From Octopus vulgaris (lineage: Eukaryota): a stretch of DNA of 64,000 nucleotides. Numbering within the stretch: position 1 is the first letter of the stretch; each line of letters begins with the position of its first letter. Shown here piece after piece: positions 53,686 through 64,000 of the stretch. The notes beneath the pieces were generated by a model. The model had not been told where the DNA came from. It did no database searches and saw only the letters and a program-made list of their open reading frames with translations. The stretch covers positions 66,340,001 through 66,404,000 of the forward strand of contig OX597830.1 in the NCBI GenBank assembly GCA_951406725.2, given 5' to 3'. Both the position numbers and the translations under genes were made by a program.

Positions 53686-55580
53686 GCGCCTAGCTTTTTC
53701 TGTGCTTTTGTTTCTTGTATATCTATCTCTAATTCCGAAATTGGTTGTATTCGGAATTCACTTAGATATTCCTTTGCCTGTTTTGTGACTGAGTATGATG
53801 CTTTCTTGTTTTCATGTTTTGAGACAAGTTTTAACATCCAGTCCTCAGAGTTTTTCAGGTAGGTGTCTAGGCCAATTGTAGCAATCTTCATTGTTATTGC
53901 CAGTTGCAAAAGACCATGGCCTCCCTCTTTTCTTGGCAGATAGAGTCGTTCTGTATCTGCCTTAGGGTGGTGCATTCTATGCATTGTCAACAGTTTCCTT
54001 ATTTTTCTGTCGAGCTGACATATTTCAGTAATTGACCAGTTAACAATATTGAAACTGTAAGTCACGACTGGTATAGCTAATGCATTGATCGCTTCGATCC
54101 TGTTTCTTGCATTCAGCTCTGTCTTGAGTATTGCTCTCACTCTTCGATAGCATTCTCTCCTGATCCTTTCCTTCATCTCTGAATGCCTTATTCCGTTCCC
54201 TTCAATTACCCCTAGGTACTTGTAGCTCTCCGCTGGGTCTAGTTCTTTTATGACATTCTGTTGGTCAAGGTTAACGTTAGATGTTTCTGTCATTTTTCCT
54301 TTGATAAAGGTAGCCTTTGCACATTTATCGAGGCCGAATTGCATTCTGATGTCGTCACTGAATTGTTTGACTATCGCTAGTAAGCCCTTGAGTTGTTGAT
54401 CATTTTTTGCAAAAAGCTTTAAATCATCCATGTAAACGAGATGATTTATATTTTTATCAAACATTTTATACCCGTACTGCGCGTCATTGAGCAGCTTTGA
54501 GAGAGGTATTAAGGATAAACAAAAGAGGAGTGGTGACAGTGAGTCACCCTGGAAAATGCCACACAAAATGTTTACATCACCAGCATTTAGGGATTCACTG
54601 TCACTGTTCAGAGTTAGTGTGGTTCTCCATGATCTCATACTTACAGTCAAGAAGTTTCGCAGAGTTGGTGCTATCTTATACATTTCAAGGCATTTCCTAA
54701 TCCAGCTATGTGGTAGGCTATCAAAAGCCTTTTTATAGTCTATCCAGGCTATTGATAAGTTTTTGTGTCGTTTGTGACAATCTTCTAAGATCATCTTATT
54801 GATGAGTAGTTGGTCTTTACAGCTGTAGGATCCACGTTTACATCCTTTCTGTTCATTAGGGAATATGCTGCTGTCTGTTAAAAACCTATAGGTATATTCC
54901 GTCAGGACAGATGTTAGTGTTTTGTACATAGTTGTTAAGCAGGTTATGGGTCTATAGTTTTTTGGTTCATTTGTTTCTTCACTTTTTGGAAGCAGGAATG
55001 TTAACCCATTAACTAGCCAAGGAGGCATCCTACTAGGGTGTTGCAAAACATCATTGTACAGTTCTGTTAGCAGTTCATGGCTCTCTGGGAAGGCATTCAG
55101 CCAGAAGTTAGGAATTTTATCCTTTCCTGGAGACTTCCATTTGCTTGACCTCCTGAGAGCAGATCTTATATCTTCTACCTTGACACCCTCCCACTTTTGC
55201 TCTTCTAAGGGGTCCAGTTCTGTAGATATTCTGTCAATCCAGAGGGCCTTTTCGTTGTGTGTTTTTTGTTCTGCCCAGATTTTATTCCAAAATCTCTGCA
55301 CTTCTTCTTTTGATGGTACAGACCCTGCAGTAAACGCTGTTTTTCCTATCTTCCTGTAAAAATTCTTGGTGTTATTTTTGAACATGTTGTTGTCCTTGAA
55401 AAATCTAACACGCTTTTCATACCTCGCTATGCGGGCAGCTTTGGCAGATACCTTTTGTTTGATGGTTTCTATGGTGGCATCAATATCAAGTATAGTTTTC
55501 ATATTGTATTTTTTCAGTAATTTTGGGGTTTTTGTAGGTTTGGTAGTCTTGTGAGCCTTAAGGTTTTTCAAATATTCAAA
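53682..55580 (-). CDS. Reverse transcriptase domain of the LINE ORF (the N-terminal poly-M/I is microsatellite read-through)
   Basis: YRPITCL, QKG, WIDYKKAFDS, GIFQGDSLSPLLF, YMDD, FGLDKC and YKYLG motifs. Confidence 0.95.
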   Translation of the reverse strand, partial: FEYLKNLKAHKTTKPTKTPKLLKKYNMKTILDIDATIETIKQKVSAKAARIARYEKRVRFFKDNNMFKNNTKNFYRKIGKTAFTAGSVPSKEEVQRFWNKIWAEQKTHNEKALWIDRISTELDPLEEQKWEGVKVEDIRSALRRSSKWKSPGKDKIPNFWLNAFPESHELLTELYNDVLQHPSRMPPWLVNGLTFLLPKSEETNEPKNYRPITCLTTMYKTLTSVLTEYTYRFLTDSSIFPNEQKGCKRGSYSCKDQLLINKMILEDCHKRHKNLSIAWIDYKKAFDSLPHSWIRKCLEMYKIAPTLRNFLTVSMRSWRTTLTLNSDSESLNAGDVNILCGIFQGDSLSPLLFCLSLIPLSKLLNDAQYGYKMFDKNINHLVYMDDLKLFAKNDQQLKGLLAIVKQFSDDIRMQFGLDKCAKATFIKGKMTETSNVNLDQQNVIKELDPAESYKYLGVIEGNGIRHSEMKERIRRECYRRVRAILKTELNARNRIEAINALAIPVVTYSFNIVNWSITEICQLDRKIRKLLTMHRMHHPKADTERLYLPRKEGGHGLLQLAITMKIATIGLDTYLKNSEDWMLKLVSKHENKKASYSVTKQAKEYLSEFRIQPISELEIDIQETKAQKKLGA

Positions 55581-55611
<31 letters not shown>

Positions 55612-55613
55612 GA

Positions 55614-55753
<140 letters not shown>

Positions 55754-55769
55754 CCATCATCATTATCAT

Positions 55770-56730
<961 letters not shown>

Positions 56731-56731
56731 G

Positions 56732-56773
<42 letters not shown>

Positions 56774-57362
56774 AAGGTGGAATGATCGTTAGTATACGGG
56801 ACAGAATGATTAGTGGTGATGGCTAAAACAAGTTCAAGATAAGAGATAATTTCTAATTATGCTATGGTTTCATTGATTTGATCTCTGATCATCATCAAAC
56901 GTCCTATTTCTGAACATGTACATTGTCACAGTAGACATGCTTCAAACCAGAATCTGCTATTCCTTAATTAAAGGTGATAATGGTCTTAGTCACTGAGTCA
57001 CTGATGCATGAACATGATTCTCTTGTTGGCTCTCCAAGGTTGGATGACCGAACATAAATTAATTTTCAAAGTCAGTGTTTAATGAGGAAACATAGCGCAA
57101 CCGTACCTGTGTGGTAAGAGACTTGCTACCCAACCACATGTTTCCAGGTTCAGTGCCTCATCGTGGCACCTAGGGCATTGTGACATGAAAGCTTTGTGGG
57201 TGGATCTGGTAGATTGAAACTGAAAAGAAGCCCATTGTAAATGTGTGTGTGTGTATGTGTAATATGTATACATGTGTGTGTGTGTGTGTGTGTGTATATA
57301 TTTATGTTTATATATATATATATATATATGTTTATATGTGTATATATGTATATATATATGTT

Positions 57363-57393
<31 letters not shown>

Positions 57394-57434
57394 GTGTATA
57401 TATATATATATATATAAATATATGCAAATATATA

Positions 57435-57479
<45 letters not shown>

Positions 57480-57574
57480 GTATATATGTTTGTATGTATG
57501 TATGTATGTATATGTATGTATATATATGTGTGTATATATATATATGTGTGTGTGTATATATATATGTGTGTGTG

Positions 57575-57609
<35 letters not shown>

Positions 57610-58023
57610 ATCATCCTCCTCATCATCATTATTTAACATCTGCTTTCCATGCTGGCATGGGTTGAACGAGTTGACTGAGGACTGCCAATGCCAAACCACG
57701 CGTCTGCACAATGCTCCAATCTGATCTGGCAAAGTTCCTACAGTTGGACGCCCTTCCTAACACCAACCACTCTGCATATATATGTATGTGTGTGTGTGTG
57801 TATATGTTTGTGTGTCTGTGTTTGTCCCCCCCCCAACATCGCTTGACAACTAATGTTCGTGTGTTTATGTCTCTCTAACTTAGCAGTTCGGCAAAAGGGA
57901 CCGATAGAATAGGTACTAGGCTTAGAAAGAATAAGCTCTGGGATCGATTTGCTCGACTAAAGGCGGTGCTCCAGCATGGCCGCAGTCAAATGACTGAAAC
58001 ATGTAAAAGAATAAAAAGAAAAA

Positions 58024-58112
<89 letters not shown>

Positions 58113-58115
58113 ATA

Positions 58116-58152
<37 letters not shown>

Positions 58153-58187
58153 TTATATATATATATGTATATATATATATATGTATG

Positions 58188-58280
<93 letters not shown>

Positions 58281-59525
58281 ATATATGTGTGTGTGTGTAT
58301 ATACGTATGTATATATATATTTTTTGTGTGTGTATGTATGTATCTACCTTTATATATATATTATATAGATACTGGGATCACTTCATTCAACTAGAAACTT
58401 TTGAAGGTCGTGCCCCAGCATGGCCACAATCTAACGACTTAAACAAATAAGATATAAAAGATAAAAGATAGACAAGAATAGACATTTCCCATTCATTCAT
58501 TCTATGCCAGACAAGGTGCAGCCAGAAGCAGCTCCGCATTCTGGCACTCCTGCGTTTTTCCTTCATCAGAATGCCACAATAATAACTCGTAAAAGAAAGA
58601 GTAACCTCATCCGTCTCTGGTTCATTTTGTTTTTTTTTTTGTTTTTCTTTGTCACCAAATTTAACCAATTGGTGACCTGCTCATATAAAAAAAACAAAAA
58701 AAAAAAACAATGCTCTTTCCACATGTGCGGTCTCTTTTACCTTCTCATTAGCCTTGTTTTCAATTGGTCATTATCTCTGTTCCCACAACTCAGGTAGTAG
58801 ATTATTGCTGTGGGTGATTTAACGAGAGAAATAAATTGTGTTAATAATGTTTGTGTAATGCCATAAATTTGTATTTTGAAAGTTTTCAAAGGAAACAATG
58901 CAGACTAAGAGACGCTTTTTTTAAATGCATTTTTTCTAATCAGAAAGGTCATAGTGATTATCTTGATAGATATTCGGTAAGTGTTAAACTGTATGATAGG
59001 TTGCTCTTAGTAGCGTTAACCGTGATAATGTGGAGAACAATATATATCTATATACATATCGTGCCTAAGATTTTACTTTAGTTGTTTGTCAGATTTGTCT
59101 GGATAAGTCAGGGATACCCATCTGCTTTTAAAATTAGAAACATCTATTGGTAAGTTTGTATTTAAACTATTTAATGCATGGATCATCGGAAAAGCCTAAT
59201 TAGAAATATTTATACAGTGGAGTGGCGGTGGAGTTGAGGAATAAAAATATAATTAACGACGAATTTTTCATGCATTGCTGACCTCTTTCAGATCTGTTTC
59301 AGTGTTATTCTGAACTCATCTGCAAAGTAGTAAAATATTAATCTCTTTGTATTTGCTGAATGAAGTATTGATGAATTAATCATTATTAAATGAATAGTTA
59401 TCTATTTGTTTGATATTGAAAAAAAATGAAAAAAGGGAATTCTTTAGAGATTGAAAAATTTAGGAATATCTCGTTTTGGGATTTGGTTTGTAGGATTCTT
59501 TATGTGAGTTCTTGTGTTGAAGCAT

Positions 59526-59752
59526 ATTCTGTTGTGTCTGGGGAGAGTCATTTTCTTTTTGTGCCTTATAATTTAACACACTCACCGGTAAAATTTCCAT
59601 TTATTTCTTATTTTTATTTTCTTAAAATTTTCATTGCGTCTTGTAACCTTTTAGGAAAATAAAAATAAGAAATAAGTGGAAATTTTATCAGTGAGTGCGT
59701 TAAATTATAAGGCACAAAAAAAAAAAATGACTCTCCCCAGAAACAGCAGAAT
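59526..59752. repeat. Fold-back hairpin, ~102-bp arms, 21-nt loop
   Basis: 59526-59627 is the reverse complement of 59649-59752 with scattered mismatches. Confidence 0.9.
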
Positions 59753-59870
59753 TTAGAAATATCATTATCATAAAAATGCACACACATACATATATATATA
59801 AACTTTCATATACATACACACACATATATACATATGTGTATATATATATGTGTGTATATATATATATACA

Positions 59871-59917
<47 letters not shown>

Positions 59918-59923
59918 GTATAC

Positions 59924-59969
<46 letters not shown>

Positions 59970-59975
59970 ACATAC

Positions 59976-60015
<40 letters not shown>

Positions 60016-61026
60016 GCACAATTGGTGCTGGTTTTTTCATGTCCTTGTGCCTTGCTATTTCCTGAAAAGAGACTGATTAATGACTGATGTGTCAGGCATT
60101 AAAAAAAAAAATGTCAAGGTGGCCACAGTCCAGGGACTGGAACAAGATTAAGTTTAAAAAATAAAAAAATAAAGTTAATTAATTAACTAACTTGTTGCCT
60201 CATACTCTTTTTACTCTTTTACTTGTTTCAGTCATTTGACTGTGGCCATGCTGGAGCACCGCCTTTAGTCGAGCAAATCGACCCCAGAGCTTATTCTTTG
60301 TAAGCCCAGTAATTATCTTATCAGTCTATTTATAATACTTTTTTTTTAAGGGTAAGCAAATAGGAAATACCAGTTTCCACCCAAGTACAAAAATTATGTT
60401 AGACAGTATCATAACTTTGTATCATAATACTATGGATGGCCTGAAGCAAATTATTATCAACAGGGTTAATACCTGTGATGCCATCTGGGCTGGCAATTTA
60501 ATATACATACATGTGAGAATGGAAAAAAAATCTGCTAAACTAAAATTAGATTTTTACGTAGTCGTTCTTTCACCAGAAATGCAACACCTGTGGTTTCCTA
60601 TTCTAGAGCATATCCATTTCAATTCTCTTCTAAATAATTTTGTCATGATTCTCTCTACTACTTTCATAATTTGATTGATTATCCCTAATCCTATCTGATT
60701 CCCCCTCTATCCAGTGCCCCTGTTTAACCTCTGCACTAGTTAACAATCATATTGCTTCATCAATCATTGAACCAAGTCCTGTGATGCATACCTTGGTGAT
60801 TTGATAAGTCTGGAAAATGTGCCAGATGCATTAGGAATGGTAGAACGGCAAGTGAATGAGAGAATGTTGATAATGGAAATTAAAGCCCATAGCTCAAGTG
60901 CCATCAAGTTCTTCATGGTGGGCGTCCGATGATGAAATGAGATTCACACATGCAGGATATTAATTGATTTTAGTGGAGGTGTGTGAAAGGAAGTAAACAA
61001 AAATTGAATACCCCGGTTATTTATAG

Positions 61027-61071
<45 letters not shown>

Positions 61072-61157
61072 TCACATGTATATATATGTGTGTGCATTTA
61101 TGTGTGTGTGTATGTATATATATATTTATGTGTGTGTGTATGTATATATATATATTT

Positions 61158-61960
61158 AGGCAAAGGAGTGGCTGTATGGTAAGTAGCTTGCTTACCAACC
61201 ACGTGGTTCCGGGTTCATTCCCACTGCGTGGCACCTTGGACAAATGTCTTCTGCTGTAGCCTCGGGCCGACCAAAGCCGTGTGAGTGGATTTGGTTGATG
61301 GAAACTGAAAGAAGCCCATCGTATATATGTATATGTATGTGTGTGTATATGTTTGTGTGTCTGTGTTTATACCCCACCAGCATCACTTGACAACCGATGG
61401 TGGTGTGTTTACATCCCCATAACTTACCAGTTTGGCAAAAGAGACAGATAGTATAAGTACTAGGCTTACAAATAATAAGTCCTGGGGTCAATTTGCTTGA
61501 CTAAAGGCGGTGCTCCAGCATGGCCACAGTCAAATGATTGAAACAAGTGAAAGAGTATATGTGTGTGTGTGTGTGTGTGTCATTTGACTGCGGCCATGCT
61601 GGAGCACCACCTTTAGTTGAGCAAATTGACCCCAGGATTTATTCTTTGGAAGCCTAGTACTTATTCTATCGGTCTCTTTTGTCAAACTGCTAAGTTACAG
61701 AGACGTAAACACACTAGCATCGGTTGTCAAGTGATGTTGGGAGGACAATCACAGACACAAAAACACATACACACACACATATATATGCATATACATATAT
61801 ACGACAGGCTTCTTTCAATTTCCATCTACCAAATCCACTGGCAAGGCTTTAGTCACCCCGAGGCTATAGTAGAAGACACTTGCCCAAGATGCCACTCAGT
61901 GGGACTGAACCCGGAACTATGTGGTTAGTAAGCAAGCTACTTACCACATGGCCACTCCTG
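61158..61960. mobile_element. Tail-to-tail inverted pair of SINE-A (61158-61556 +; 61578-61960 -)
   Basis: Family A sequence separated by a (TG)n spacer of ~22 bp. Confidence 0.92.
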
Positions 61961-62163
61961 AAATTAATTGCAACCAACTCATGAGTTTTCAATGGCAAAG
62001 TGACCCTCACAAAGCACAAAAACTCTGCTTCAACACAGGATTTCGTATCAAGAATATCTATAAAACATATTTGAAAATGAAATATTGCAAGTAATTTTCT
62101 ATTAAAATGTATTTATTTATTATAAATCTTAGAGCGAGTTATAAACAGTAGCTGCAACACATT

Positions 62164-62389
62164 GTGATGTATATTTGCCATTTAAATATGGCTAACCCCT
62201 AAGGGTGGATGCTACTGCAGTTTGTAGCCCCAGGAGGACACCTCCTCCAGCTGGCTTTAGACACACTTTCTGATAAGGCAAAGAAAGTGTGTCTAAAACC
62301 AGCTGGAGGAGGTGTCCTCCTGGGGCTACAAACTACAGTAGCATCCACCCTTAGGGGTTAGCCATATTTAAATGGCAAATATACGTCAC
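62164..62389. mobile_element. Near-perfect 226-bp palindrome (fold-back/MITE)
   Basis: 108-bp arms (62164-62271 / 62282-62389) with three differences and a 10-nt loop; a degenerate related fragment lies near 63480-63550. Confidence 0.9.
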
Positions 62390-63119
62390 GTATTTATTTA
62401 TTTTTTTACTGATATTCCTCAGATAAATGAATTAAAACAGGTAGAAAGAAAGACAATATCATGGCACAGTAATAATGGTTTCAAATTTTGGTAGAAGGCC
62501 AGCAAGTTGACCCCAGTGTTCAACTAGTACTAATTTTATCAACCCTGAATGTCAACCTCGGCAGAATTTGAACACAAAATATAAAGACAAATGAAATGCC
62601 ACCAAGCATTTCACCCAGGGTACTAACAGTTCCACCAGCTTGCTGCGTTAAAGGTCACAGTTATGACAAAAGAAAGTCGTTATGTACATTGTTGGAACAC
62701 ATGACCTGTGAACTAGCAGGCCACTCTGTTATCAACTTGAATTTTGTGGAATTAAAAAAAAAAAAAAAAAAAGGAAGAAAAATAGAAAAGAAAAGAAAAG
62801 AAAAGCAACAGCATAATTCAGTGAGAATGCTCAAAATAACTTTAAAGTAATTTCCCATAAGAAGTGAATAAGTACATTTCATGACCACTGCAAGGAAAAG
62901 TGCTTTAGAAATTCATTCATTATTCCACAACTGAGTATTGTATTTATGTTGACATTAAGAAAAACCAGTGTCAGGGTTATCAAAAGCAAATATTCTCAAT
63001 TTCACATATTCTAAATAGCAAGTATTTTATGAGAAAATTAACTTATGCTATGTTTCATTGACGAACTTGGTATTTTAACCCTTTCCACTTATGGATTACT
63101 TTTGTAAAAAAACAACAAC

Positions 63120-63480
63120 AACATCGGCGTTTAACGTCCGCTTTCCATGCTGTCATGGGTTGGACGATTTGACTGAGGACTGGCGAACCAGACGACTGCA
63201 CCAGGCTCCAATCTTGATCTGGCAGAGTTTCTACAGCTGGATGCCCTTCCTAATGCCAACGACTCCGAGAGTGTAGTGGGTGCTTTTATGTGCCACCGGC
63301 ACAAGAGCCAGTGAGGTAGTACTGGCAATGGCCATGCTCAAATGGTGTTTTTTATGTGCCACCTGCAGAGGAGCCACTCTGGCGGCACTGGCAAAGATGT
63401 CACTCAAATATTTTCTTATGTGCCAGTAAGGCAACGCTGGTAACGATCACACTTGAATGGTGCTATTTATGTGCCACTGG
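63120..63480 (-). mobile_element. Repeat family D copy
   Basis: gtttaacgtccgctttccatgc...ggatgcccttcc plus ~60-bp internal repeats. Confidence 0.8.
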
Positions 63481-64000
63481 GGGTGGGTTGTTACTGATGC
63501 TTTTAGCCCCAGGCGATCAACGTCACCAGAAGGACTTTAGACACAATCTCAGTGCCCTTGTGTTATTTGCAAAGGGAGGTCATCCTCCCTCGAAAACCTA
63601 AGTGCTACATACGGACTATAGTTTCAAGGTAATTGCCTCTCGTCATTGTCTGGATATGGCTGGCTTAAATGCTAAAGAGTTAATCTGTCATCAGCCAAAT
63701 TATTTTGATTCCAGTTTCTTTTAATATTTGTTTCATGGTTTTGAAGAAATTGAAAGCAGTTTATTTTCAGAAGGACATTGTAGTGTTTGTGTGAGAGGTT
63801 GGATATGGCTAATTTGAACACAAAACAGGTGGAATATTTGGACTGGATATGTCTGGTTTAAGCGGTAAAAGATTAAAACTTTCAAAAAAAGAAAAAAAGT
63901 CAAGATAATTCTTTTACTTGTTTCAGTCATTTGACTGTGGCCATGCTGGAGCACCACCTTTAGTCAAAGAAATTGACCCCAGGATGGATAGGTGGATACC

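Larger units (their letters stand above)
52660..55580 (-). mobile_element. 5'-truncated non-LTR retrotransposon, R4/Dong clade (RLE-type), inserted in (TAA)n
   Basis: RT, CCHC and RLE domains in a single-ORF layout; both ends abut (TAA)n, the known target of Dong elements. Confidence 0.93.

Noticed and set aside
54487-55554. Plus-strand ORFs overlapping the LINE
   Set aside because: They are antisense shadows of the RT ORF.
58504-58797. 97-aa ORF MPDKVQPEAAPH...
   Set aside because: No recognisable domain or splice support, and it runs into homopolymer tracts.
62270-62287. ctgataaggcaaagaaag as a hammerhead core in the hairpin loop
   Set aside because: G8 is missing, there is no stem II, and the motif is created by the palindrome junction.

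Overview
This window is AT-rich, microsatellite-saturated eukaryotic non-coding DNA, either intergenic or a large intron. The SINE repertoire and (TA)n/(CA)n/(CAT)n/(TAA)n load resemble an octopus (coleoid cephalopod) genome; this is inference, not a search result. Almost all ORFs in the track are microsatellite or SINE artefacts. Real coding relics are a 5'-truncated R4/Dong-clade LINE (RT + CCHC + restriction-like endonuclease, 52660-55580, minus), five further Dong-like 3' fragments sitting in (TAA)n/(CAT)n tracts, and a mariner transposase fragment. The rest comprises about five SINE families (labelled A-E here for convenience), non-autonomous Helitrons, TTAA-flanked MITEs, fold-back hairpins and minisatellites. 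The main highlights are five. (1) A (TA)n-embedded element carries two different type I hammerhead ribozyme motifs whose predicted cut sites are 124 nt apart. (2) A 28S rRNA 3'-end/SINE chimeric retrocopy lies inside one target-site duplication (TSD). (3) SINE-B copies insert into other SINEs at GGT sites. (4) Two minisatellites derive from tRNA-like SINE heads. (5) There is recurrent MITE self-nesting, and one SINE has a ~105-bp flanking duplication. No host gene exon could be established.
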